In this document: piece by piece, positions 1-8,439 of the stretch
Layout: each line of letters begins with the position of its first letter
Numbering within the stretch: the stretch's first letter is position 1
Origin: an uncultured delta proteobacterium
GTDB lineage: Bacteria; Myxococcota; Myxococcia; Myxococcales; Anaeromyxobacteraceae
Length of the DNA: 64,000 bases
NCBI GenBank assembly: GCA_963814585.1
Contig: CAWFDF010000004.1
Coordinates: 1 to 64,000, forward strand
Direction of reading: 5' to 3'
Notes under the pieces: generated by a model
What the model was told of the DNA's origin: nothing
The model's database searches: none
The model's input: the letters and a program-made list of their open reading frames with translations, nothing else
Made by a program: the position numbers and the translations under genes

Positions 1-359
1 CGCTGCACGTTCTCGACCAGCGCAACCTCCAGCTGGTCCCGCTCGGCAAGCTGGCGAACGAGCGCAGGGATGCGCTCAAGTCCGGCAAGGCGCGCCGCGC
101 GCACGCGGCGCTCGCCCGCGATCAGCTGGTATCCCTCAAGTGTCTCTGTCACGAGAACTGGCTGGAGCACGCCGTGCTCCCGGATGCTCGCCGCGAGCTC
201 CTCGAGGCCCGCGTCATCGATCCGGTGACGCGGCTGGTACGGGTTGGGGGAGATCCGCCGCAGCGGAACGTCCACTACGGCCGACGCACCGCTGGACCGC
301 TGCGGGATCAACGACGAGAGCCCGCGGCCCAGGGCTGATGAGCCCTGATCGGCCTTCAT
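1..359 (-). CDS. parB: Chromosome partitioning protein ParB/Spo0J (5' part, runs off the window edge)
   Basis: Minus-strand translation MKADQGSSALGRGLSSLIP...ISPNPYQPR...LEELAASIREHGVLQPVLV...YQLIAGERRVRAA...ALVENVQR shows the LGRGL, NPYQPR and GERR motifs; directly downstream of parA. Confidence 0.95.
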   Translation of the reverse strand, partial: MKADQGSSALGRGLSSLIPQRSSGASAVVDVPLRRISPNPYQPRHRIDDAGLEELAASIREHGVLQPVLVTETLEGYQLIAGERRVRAARLAGLERIPALVRQLAERDQLEVALVENVQ

Positions 360-361
360 GG

Positions 362-1159
362 TCACGCGACAGCTCCCGTCATGGTCACGTCGGCCAGGCC
401 GCGGCGCGCTCTCAGCTCCAGGGCCAGCGCCCCGTAGGCTTCGGCGCCCTTGGAGGCGGGACGATACAGCGCGATCGGTTGACCGTGACTCGGCGCCTCG
501 GAGAGCCGCACGCTGCGCGGAACGATCGTCTTGAACACAAGATCCTTGAGATGGCGGCGGACCTCTGCGGCCACCTCGGCTGAGAGGTTGGTACGTGCGT
601 CATACATCGTCAGCACCACACCCGAGATGGCCAGATCGGGGTTCAGGTGGTCCCTGACGAGGTTCACGGTCGCCACGAGCTGGGTCAGGCCCTCCAGCGC
701 GTAGTACTCGCACTGGATCGGGATCAGGACCGAGTCCGTGCCGGTCAGCGCATTCACGGTCAGGAGGCCCAGCGACGGTGGGCAGTCGACGATGATCCAG
801 TCCCAGGTTCCGCGCTCGTCCTTGATCGAACGGGCCAGGCGGTGCTCGCGCCCCGCTTCGCCGGCCAGCTCCACCTCGGCTCCGGCAAGAGCGATCGCGG
901 ACGGCACCAGGCGCAGCCCGTCCACGCCCGTCGCTACATGGAGCTCGGCGAGCGGGCGGCCGTCCACGAGTGCGTCGTAGATGGAGCCGTCAACCGAGGA
1001 TCGATCGATCCCGAAGCCGCTCGTGGCGTTGCCTTGGGGATCGAGGTCGATGACGAGGACGCGGTCACCGAGAAGCGCCAGATAGGTTGCGAGATTGACC
1101 ACCGTCGTGGTCTTCCCGACGCCGCCCTTCTGATTCGTGCAGGCGATCGTCTGGCCCAC
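362..1159 (-). CDS. parA: Chromosome partitioning ATPase ParA/Soj
   Basis: Deviant Walker A NQKGGVGKTT, DLDPQGN, DCPPSLG, PIQCEYYALEG, IPRSVRLSEAPSHG-type motif; GGAGG upstream of GTG start. Confidence 0.97.
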   Translation of the reverse strand: MGQTIACTNQKGGVGKTTTVVNLATYLALLGDRVLVIDLDPQGNATSGFGIDRSSVDGSIYDALVDGRPLAELHVATGVDGLRLVPSAIALAGAEVELAGEAGREHRLARSIKDERGTWDWIIVDCPPSLGLLTVNALTGTDSVLIPIQCEYYALEGLTQLVATVNLVRDHLNPDLAISGVVLTMYDARTNLSAEVAAEVRRHLKDLVFKTIVPRSVRLSEAPSHGQPIALYRPASKGAEAYGALALELRARRGLADVTMTGAVA

Positions 1160-1300
1160 TCAACCTCCTGTCGCGAACATGATCAACGCTGTCAATTCTA
1201 GCATCGGAGGCCGGTCCGCCCCGCGGATGGAGCACGTCACGCCGGCCTCGCCGATCCTCGCAGATGCCACGTTGCTGGCGCTTACGCGCCCCTTCTGGGC

Positions 1301-1316
1301 TGTTCCACGTGAAACA
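1301..1316. promoter_or_regulatory. parS site
   Basis: TGTTCCACGTGAAACA, one mismatch to consensus TGTTTCACGTGAAACA; beside parAB. Confidence 0.93.
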
Positions 1317-1364
1317 GCGATGGACCCGGAGTGGTCAGGACCCTCGGCCGGTCAGTGAACGCGG

Positions 1365-1380
1365 TGTTGCACGTGAAACA
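1365..1380. promoter_or_regulatory. parS site
   Basis: TGTTGCACGTGAAACA, one mismatch to consensus; 64 bp from the first site. Confidence 0.9.
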
Positions 1381-1648
1381 AGCCGCTAAGCGAACCGCAC
1401 GGAGTGGAGGATCGGACCTGACGGCGGCGCCAGAGGCGGCGCAGCGACGGCGGCGGACCTGGGCGTGGCCTCGCCGCACCAGGCGAGACGCGATGCAGCA
1501 GAGCGAACACGTGGGGTTCGGATCGGGTGATTGCCCGTTCGCGAGCCCCGTGGGATACTTCGGCACGCGCTTGCTGTCACCGGTCGTCGCGGTCGCCATC
1601 CGCCATGCGCCCGACCGTCGGCTCGTCAGCCGAGGATCGATCGCCTAC

Positions 1649-2150
1649 ATGCATCTCATCATCGCCGCGGCGTTTGCCGTGGTGGCTGCACTCGCAGAGT
1701 TCACCATCGTCCCGTATCTGAGGATCGGCGACGCCATCCCGCATCTGCCTCTGGTATTCGGGGTCATCTGGGTCATCGCGGGTGGCCTGGAGGCAGGGCT
1801 CGTCTGGGCCTTCGTGGGGGGCCTGTCGCTTGACATCCTCGGGCAGCGGCCGCTCGGATCGTCGGCGTTCGCACTGCTTGTCGCAATCGGCCTCGCTTCG
1901 CTTATCGGCGGCGCCCTGAGTCGGATCAGGATCGTCGCCCCCGTCATCGCCACCGCCGTGGCAAGTCCGGTCTACACGATGCTGCTTGCTTCTCGCGACC
2001 ACCGCGCTCTCGTCCGCCGTCCTCTCCCAGGCGGCGCTTGCTACGGTGCTGCCCTCCACGCTCTATGACGTGGTGCTCGCCGCCATCTTCGGACCGCTGA
2101 CGATGGCGATCGTCCTGCGGCGCCAGGCCCAGGAGCGGGTGGACTGGTGA
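1649..2150 (+). CDS. mreD: Rod shape-determining protein MreD (apparent frameshift near 1988)
   Basis: Hydrophobic MHLIIAAAF...PHLPLVFGVIW...GLVWAFVGGLSLDILG..PLG; C-terminus continues in another frame (LLATTALSS...VLRRQAQERVDW*) ending in a GTGA overlap with mrdA. Confidence 0.82.
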
Positions 2151-4048
2151 ACGACTCGTTCCTGTTTCCCCACCCCGAACGCGATCGCCGGCCGCTGCGC
2201 TTCCTCACCTTCGGGATCATCACGATCCTGATCTTCGGCGTGCTGCTCACGCGGCTCGCATACCTCCAGATCTCGAGCGGCCCTACGTTCGCAGCCGCGG
2301 CCGAGGCCCAGCGCACGGCCGAGAAGGCCATCACCTCGCCGCGCGGTCTGATCTACGACCGGGCGGGCCGCCTGCTCGTCACCAACGTGGCCACCTGGGC
2401 CGTGAAGATCCGGCCGTCGGAGCTGCCCTTCGGACGCCGGGACGAGGTGGCCCAACGCCTTGCGAGCCTCCTTGGACTTGAGGCGGCTGACATCCTGGCG
2501 ACGCTCGACAGCGCCCCCGGATCGCGGTTCGACCCGGTACGCATCGCGCAGGACGTCCCCGAGACGACCGCCCGGGTCGTGTCGGAGTCGTCCACGGAGC
2601 TGCCGGGGGTCGAGGTTGCCGTTGAGACCCGCCGCGAGTACCCGGATGGCGCACTCCTGTCCCACATCCTTGGCTATACCGGACCGATCGACGGAGGAAC
2701 GCTCGAGAAGCTGAAGCCGGCGGGATACCTCGCCGACGACCTGATCGGGAAGGCCGGCCTGGAGGCGACCTTCGAGGAGGCGCTCCGCGGGACGTACGGG
2801 CGGGAGCTGGTCGAGCGCGACGCGACCGGCAAGGACGTCCAGGTGTTGCAGAAGCTGCAGGACGCGGTGCCCGGCGCCTCGCTCACGTTGACCATTGACA
2901 AGACGATCCAGCGGGAGGCCACCCAGGCGCTCAAGTGGGGGATGAAGGCAGCCGGGCTCAAGCGTGGTGTGTTCATCGTGATGAATCCCCAGACGGGCGA
3001 GGTCCTGGCCCTCGTGAGCCTGCCGACCTACGACAACAACCTGTTTGCGCGCGGCATCTCCAACAAGGCGTACAAGGCGCTCCTGAAGAACAAGGACAAG
3101 CCGCTGACGAACCATGCCGTCCAGGCGCACTACCCGCCCGGCTCGACGTTCAAGCTCGTCGCGGGCACCGGTGCCATCCAGGACCGCAAGATCACGCCGG
3201 CCACCCGGATCCGCACCCGCGCCTACCTGACCGCAGGTGGCTCACGGTTCTACGACTGGAACCGGCGCGGCTTCGGCCTGTGCAACATGAACTGCGGATT
3301 CGGCCACTCGTCCGACACGTACTTCTTCCAGCTCGCGGGCATGCTCGGAGCGGACCGGTTGGCGTACTGGGCGCACATGTACGGGTTCGGGAAGCCCACC
3401 GGCATCGACCTGCCGGGCGAGGCAAAGGGGATCGTCCCGTCCAACAAGTGGAAGATCGACGCGCTGGGCCAACCCATGTTCACGGGCGAGGTGTACCAGG
3501 CCGGCATCGGCCAGGGCTACGACGTGGTCACGCCCATCCAGCTGATCAACGCGTTCTCGGCCCTCGCCAACGGCGGGAAGCTCTACCGCCCGCAGCTCGT
3601 TCGCGAGATCGTTGGACCGGACGGCACGGTCGTGCAGTCCTTCAAGCCGGACCTCATCCGGAAGATGCCCGTCTCCCAGAAGACGCTGCGCGCGATGCGG
3701 CTTGCGGCGAGGTCCACGGTCACGCTGCGCCACACGTACAACCTGGTCGATATGCCCGTGAAGGTGGCCGGCAAGTCGGGCACGGCCGAGTTCGGGACGC
3801 GCGACCGCAAGGGCCGGCTCCCGTTCCACTCCTGGTTCGTGGGGTTCGTGCCCAAGGACCCGTACAAGGCGGACTTCAGCAAGCCAGACTCGAGGCTGGC
3901 GTTCCTGGCCTTCGCGTACGACTCCAGGACAAAGGGCAACGCCGGCACCGAGATCGCGAAGGCGTTCCTGCAGCTGCACTTCCACATCAAGAAGGACTAC
4001 CTCAACCGCGACCTCCTGCGGCGCGGCAACTTCTACCAGAGCAACTAG
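2147..4048 (+). CDS. mrdA: Penicillin-binding protein 2
   Basis: N-terminal TM, PRGLIYDR, SxxK (GSTFK), SxD (SSDTYF), KSG (GKSGTAE); between mreD and rodA. Confidence 0.95.
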   Translation: MNDSFLFPHPERDRRPLRFLTFGIITILIFGVLLTRLAYLQISSGPTFAAAAEAQRTAEKAITSPRGLIYDRAGRLLVTNVATWAVKIRPSELPFGRRDEVAQRLASLLGLEAADILATLDSAPGSRFDPVRIAQDVPETTARVVSESSTELPGVEVAVETRREYPDGALLSHILGYTGPIDGGTLEKLKPAGYLADDLIGKAGLEATFEEALRGTYGRELVERDATGKDVQVLQKLQDAVPGASLTLTIDKTIQREATQALKWGMKAAGLKRGVFIVMNPQTGEVLALVSLPTYDNNLFARGISNKAYKALLKNKDKPLTNHAVQAHYPPGSTFKLVAGTGAIQDRKITPATRIRTRAYLTAGGSRFYDWNRRGFGLCNMNCGFGHSSDTYFFQLAGMLGADRLAYWAHMYGFGKPTGIDLPGEAKGIVPSNKWKIDALGQPMFTGEVYQAGIGQGYDVVTPIQLINAFSALANGGKLYRPQLVREIVGPDGTVVQSFKPDLIRKMPVSQKTLRAMRLAARSTVTLRHTYNLVDMPVKVAGKSGTAEFGTRDRKGRLPFHSWFVGFVPKDPYKADFSKPDSRLAFLAFAYDSRTKGNAGTEIAKAFLQLHFHIKKDYLNRDLLRRGNFYQSN

Positions 4049-4061
4049 GAGACATCGCCGA

Positions 4062-5225
4062 GTGCGCGTGATGCGGGCCGAGCCAAGCCGCTTCGCCGAC
4101 ATGACGACCAAGTCGGTCGGCGCGGTTTGGCGCGCCTATGACCTGCAGCTCACGACGTACGCCGCGCTGCTGGGCGCGGTTGGCCTGGTGATGGCCTATA
4201 CCAACAGCGTGGAAGCCGGCCAGGCGTCGGTGCTGGCGAACGGCACCGTGTTCACCCGAGCGCTCATGTGGTCCGGCCTCGCGATGGTGGTCTTCATCGT
4301 GATGACCGCGTTCGACTACCGCTGGCTGAAGACCCTGGCGTGGCCCATCTACGGCGTCAACGTGGTGCTGCTGATGGTCACTCTGGCCATCGGTAGCGGC
4401 GTGGGCGGCTCCGCGCGCTGGGTCAACCTTGGACCGTTCACGTTCCAGTTCTCCGAGCTGGCCAAGATCCTGATGATCATCGTGCTGGCCACGTACCTGG
4501 GGAACCGCGAGGGCAAGCTCGACTCGATCAGCTCGATCCTTGGCGCATGCCTGCTCATGGCTCCACCGATCGTGCTCGTCATGATGCAGCCGGACCTCGG
4601 GACGTCCCTGGTGCTCGCCTCGATCCTGGCGGGCATGCTGTTCATGTCGGGTGCCAGCCTGCGCTGGCTGCTCGCGATGGCCTTCCTCGTGATCGCTGCC
4701 GTCCCGATCGCGTGGACCTACATCCTGCGTGACTACCAGAAGGACCGGATCCTCTCGTTCCTCAATCCGACAGTCGATACGCAGGGCTCGGGCTGGCAGG
4801 TGGCGCAGTCGCAGATCGCGGTCGGCTCGGGCGGGTTCCTGGGCACCGGCCTGACGAACGGCGCGCACGCGAGCGGCGACTTCCTTCCCGTCCGGGAGTC
4901 GGACTTCGTGTTCGCGGTCCTCGCCCAGGAGCTCGGGTTCCTGGGTGCGCTCCTCGTGTTCGTCCTGTTCACCGCGCTGATCTGGCGGATCCTCACCTGC
5001 GCGTGGCGCTCGCGTGATCCGTTCGGGACCCTGTTCGGGGCCGGCCTCGCCTCGATGCTCCTGTTCCAGATCTTCGTGAACGTCGGGATGGTCACCGGGA
5101 TCATGCCGGTCACCGGGATCCCGCTGCCGTTCATCACCCACGGCGGTGCCTCGCTGGTGAGCCTCGCCATCGGACTCGGGATCATGCAGAGCATCAACAT
5201 CCGCCAGCACAAGGCGGAGTGGTAG
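4062..5225 (+). CDS. rodA: SEDS family peptidoglycan polymerase RodA
   Basis: Multi-TM; RWVNLG..FQFSELAK, QPDLGTS, SQIAVGSGG, SDFVFAVLAQELGF, MPVTGIPLPFITHGG. Confidence 0.93.
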   Translation: MRVMRAEPSRFADMTTKSVGAVWRAYDLQLTTYAALLGAVGLVMAYTNSVEAGQASVLANGTVFTRALMWSGLAMVVFIVMTAFDYRWLKTLAWPIYGVNVVLLMVTLAIGSGVGGSARWVNLGPFTFQFSELAKILMIIVLATYLGNREGKLDSISSILGACLLMAPPIVLVMMQPDLGTSLVLASILAGMLFMSGASLRWLLAMAFLVIAAVPIAWTYILRDYQKDRILSFLNPTVDTQGSGWQVAQSQIAVGSGGFLGTGLTNGAHASGDFLPVRESDFVFAVLAQELGFLGALLVFVLFTALIWRILTCAWRSRDPFGTLFGAGLASMLLFQIFVNVGMVTGIMPVTGIPLPFITHGGASLVSLAIGLGIMQSINIRQHKAEW

Positions 5226-6592
5226 GCCGTCCCGGCGGGTTCGGATCCCGCCCCCACGCCGCGCCTGCAACGTCCCGTCGATCCAGGGCGCTCGTGATCG
5301 TCCTGGCGGCGGTCACGTGCCTTGCCCTGGCGCCCGCGGTCCTCGCGGGGGTCATCGCCCCGGCCGGACCCGGATCTGGTGCGCCGGCCGCTGGAAGCGA
5401 CGAGGTCACGGCCGTCGTCGGCGGCCTGTTCCTGCTGCTGCTCGCGGCCAAGCTGGGCGAGGAGCTCATGCGCCGCCTCGGCCAGCCAGGCGTGGTCGGC
5501 GAGCTGCTCGGCGGATTCATCGTCGGCCCCTACTGCCTCGGCCTGGTCCAGCCCGGCGAGACGGCGCTCGTCATGGCCGAGTTCGGCGTCGTCGTCCTGC
5601 TGTTCTCGGTGGGGCTCGAGGTCCGGACGGATGACCTGTTCAAGGTTGGCAAACCGGCGATCCTCACCGCCATCATCGCCATGGCGCTTCCGCTAGCCGG
5701 TGGCTTTGCCCTGACCGTGGCCTTGGGCAACTCGACGATCTCGTCGTTCTTTGTCGGCCTCGCCCTCGCCGCCACGAGCATCGGCATCACGAGCCGCGTG
5801 CTGCGTGACATGGGGGTGCTCGACCGGACCTTCGCGAAGGTGATCATCGGCGCCGCGCTCGTGGACGACATCCTCGCGCTGGTGCTCATCGGCCTCGCTG
5901 CGGGCGCTGCCGAGGGCAACATCTCCGCGGGCACGGTGATGGTCGGCGTGGCCGGCATCGGGCTGGTCGTGCTCGGGTTCGTCGCGGCACGCAGAGCTCG
6001 CGGCCTGCCCTCCACGGTCTTCACCTGGCCGTTGTTCGCCGACACGCCGCTCGTGCCCGCATTCCTGATCATGCTGGCGATCGCGGAGCTGGCGGCGATC
6101 ATCGGCCTCGCGGCCATCATCGGGGCGTTCGTCGCGGGCCTGATCGTGGCCGAGACCGAGGCCGCCGAGGAGCTGGAGCACGACTTCAAGCCGCTCGCAT
6201 CGATCTTCGTGCCGTTCTTCTTCGCCGTGACGGGAGCCTCGCTCGACCTCTCCGCACTCCTCGATCCGAATGTCGCGGGCCTGGCCATCACGCTCGCGAT
6301 CATCGGGATCATCACCAAGGTGGTCGGCGGCCTCCTGGGCGCCCGCTCGATCGGGCGCTGGGGCTCGGCCGCTGTCGGATTCGGCATGGTGCCGCGGGGC
6401 GAGGTCGGAATCGTCGTTGCGAACCTCGCCCTGGTGACCGGGATCGTCGATGCCGGGTTGTTCGCCGCGATGCTCGTCGCGGTGGTCATGACGACGGTCG
6501 CCGCGCCGTATCTCCTGGCGTGGGCCGTGCCGAAGGCCGAGGCCGAGTCTGCGGCGGCGGCTGCCAAGGCGGCCGGGGCGACCAGCAGCTAG
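5219..6592 (+). CDS. Cation:proton antiporter (CPA2/NapA-like); start uncertain (GTG at 5219 or 5294)
   Basis: GQPGVVGELLGG, ATSIGIT, ALVDDILAL, IIGAFVAGL, FVPFFFAVTG, GMVPRGEVG; about 12 TM. Confidence 0.88.
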   Translation: MVGRPGGFGSRPHAAPATSRRSRALVIVLAAVTCLALAPAVLAGVIAPAGPGSGAPAAGSDEVTAVVGGLFLLLLAAKLGEELMRRLGQPGVVGELLGGFIVGPYCLGLVQPGETALVMAEFGVVVLLFSVGLEVRTDDLFKVGKPAILTAIIAMALPLAGGFALTVALGNSTISSFFVGLALAATSIGITSRVLRDMGVLDRTFAKVIIGAALVDDILALVLIGLAAGAAEGNISAGTVMVGVAGIGLVVLGFVAARRARGLPSTVFTWPLFADTPLVPAFLIMLAIAELAAIIGLAAIIGAFVAGLIVAETEAAEELEHDFKPLASIFVPFFFAVTGASLDLSALLDPNVAGLAITLAIIGIITKVVGGLLGARSIGRWGSAAVGFGMVPRGEVGIVVANLALVTGIVDAGLFAAMLVAVVMTTVAAPYLLAWAVPKAEAESAAAAAKAAGATSS

Positions 6593-6595
6593 CGG

Positions 6596-7303
6596 TCAGC
6601 GGCGCCGGTAGAGGCCGTGCCGGGACTCGTCGTCGGGATGGGTCCGGCGACCGCCCTTGCGCAGGAGGACGTCGATCTCCGCCTGGTAGATCCGGCCGAT
6701 CGGCACGCGGTCCAGCCACTCGAGGTACTCGAGGTCCGTGCGTGCGACCTCCCCCAGCGTCCACCCCGCGTAGCGGCCGAAGTTGAGCCGGCTCCCCGAC
6801 GGGTTGCCGGGCGGCGGGCCCGCGGCGCCGGTTCCCTGCGCCGAGCCCATCGTCGAAGCGTCGTACGCGTGTCCGGAGGTCGACCTGCCAGAGGGCCAGC
6901 TGGTCGAGGCTGCCTGCTCCGGACTCCAACTGAACCCGCCCTGACCGGGATCTCTCATACCCGGGAACGACGGCGACTGCCGGTCGTCGCCACCTGCGTC
7001 GGGCGGTCGGGCCTCCACTGGCCGTGAGCCGGGCCGGCCCGCCTGTGCTCGCCCATCGGCGGCTGTCACCCGGGCGGAGGTCCCTTCGGCGCGCACTCGG
7101 GCACGGTCGACGGCGGCTCGCCGGACCGGGTCCCGGAGCATATCGCGCGCCTGGTTGATGCGGACCATCCGCTGCTGGGCATCGGGCCCGTCGGCGACGT
7201 CGGGGTGATACCGCTTCGCCAGCCGCTTGTACGCCGCCTCGATGATCTCATCCGAGGCGTCGGGTTCGACCTGCAGCACCTTGTACGGATCCGGGACGCT
7301 CAT
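6596..7303 (-). CDS. J-domain protein with a C-terminal FGRY-type small domain
   Basis: DPYKVLQV...AYKRLAKRYHPD...INQARDML (HPD motif); low-complexity linker; C-terminal LNFGRYAGWTLGEVARTDLEYLEWL. Confidence 0.85.
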   Translation of the reverse strand: MSVPDPYKVLQVEPDASDEIIEAAYKRLAKRYHPDVADGPDAQQRMVRINQARDMLRDPVRRAAVDRARVRAEGTSARVTAADGRAQAGRPGSRPVEARPPDAGGDDRQSPSFPGMRDPGQGGFSWSPEQAASTSWPSGRSTSGHAYDASTMGSAQGTGAAGPPPGNPSGSRLNFGRYAGWTLGEVARTDLEYLEWLDRVPIGRIYQAEIDVLLRKGGRRTHPDDESRHGLYRRR

Positions 7304-7429
7304 GACCGGCTCAGGCCAGAAGAACGCCGCGCCAGCGTGCCAGCGGCGGGGTTTGCGAGGCTCCACCACGGTAGACGCGCAGGGGAGCACGCGACGGCCG
7401 GCTTCATCGGCGGCAGACTAGCACGCGTG

Positions 7430-8239
7430 ATGCAGCGATCAGGCCAGCAGGCGAACCCCGAGCCGTCAACGACCGGACCCTCGGCTGTGGTGACGAAGGA
7501 TGCAGTCCAGCGATGGCGGCTGGTGGTGGCGCGCGCGGCGATCGGGTCCGAAGCCGGCCAGCGCGAGCAGCTGGCGGCCTGGGAGGCGGCATTTGCGGGG
7601 TGCGGGCTGCCCGTCGCGGGCCTGGATGCCCCGAGGCCCAAGCCGCGGTTCGCGCCCGCAGCGCCGCTCGCCGGATCGATCCCGGGCGAGGCCGAGCTGG
7701 TTGACGTCTGGCTGGTCGAGCGACTGCCGCGATGGCGCGTGCGAGAGGCGCTGGTGCCGGTGGTGCCCGCAGGTCACCGGCTCGTCGATGTCTACGACGT
7801 GTGGCTCGGTGAACCGGCCCTGCCCGGCCGTGTTGTCGCGTCGGTGTACCGGGTCTCGCTCGAACGGGAGGCGGTCGATCTGACGCAGGTTCGGGCCGCC
7901 GCCACGGCCCTGCTCGATGCGGCCACCCTGCCGAGGGAACGACCCAAGGGCGACGCGGTCGTGGCCTACGACCTCCGCCCGTTTGTCGACGGCCTCGAGG
8001 TGGTCGAGACGGGGCATGGCCCAGTCCTCCGGATGGTGCTGCGCCACGACCCCGAGAAGGGGATCGGCAGGCCCGAGGAGCTCCTTGCTGCCCTGGCGGA
8101 GGCGATGGGCGCACAGCTCCCGGTCACATCGATCGTCCGCGAGAGCCTCGTGCTCGGCACGCCACCACCTTCGCCTCCGACGCCCCGGAAGACCGGTCTG
8201 AGGCCGGGCCCGCGCGGCAGCGCATCGGCCGGTCGCTGA
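7430..8239 (+). CDS. Radical SAM-linked protein (TIGR03936/DUF2344-like); start uncertain
   Basis: WEAAF..CGLPV...PKPRFAPAAPL...GEAELVDVWL...YDLRPFV...GRPEELL; family's usual position upstream of rplU. Confidence 0.75.
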   Translation: MQRSGQQANPEPSTTGPSAVVTKDAVQRWRLVVARAAIGSEAGQREQLAAWEAAFAGCGLPVAGLDAPRPKPRFAPAAPLAGSIPGEAELVDVWLVERLPRWRVREALVPVVPAGHRLVDVYDVWLGEPALPGRVVASVYRVSLEREAVDLTQVRAAATALLDAATLPRERPKGDAVVAYDLRPFVDGLEVVETGHGPVLRMVLRHDPEKGIGRPEELLAALAEAMGAQLPVTSIVRESLVLGTPPPSPPTPRKTGLRPGPRGSASAGR

Positions 8240-8322
8240 AGCCACCCCAGCGCCTCCGGCCCCGCACCTGAGCCGTCGCAGCTCGCTGGTGCAGCTCCTG
8301 GTAACCGTGCGCCGTGCTCGCG

Positions 8323-8352
8323 TTGACGCCCTTCCCTGATCCGCCCTACACT
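8323..8352 (+). promoter_or_regulatory. Sigma70-type promoter of rplU-rpmA-rpmE
   Basis: TTGACG-N18-TACACT, followed by a GCGCCC...GGGCGC hairpin in the leader. Confidence 0.6.
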
Positions 8353-8439
8353 CTCCGTTCGCGCCCGCGAAGGCCGCAGGGCGCCTCACCATGTCCACGT
8401 CGCGGTCGCCCGCGGCCGCCAACGTTCTTCCGAGGACCC

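Noticed and set aside
1160..1648. oriC, tRNA or riboswitch in the parA-mreD intergenic region
   Set aside because: No TTATCCACA-type DnaA box cluster, no AT-rich unwinding element, no cloverleaf or known riboswitch consensus seen.
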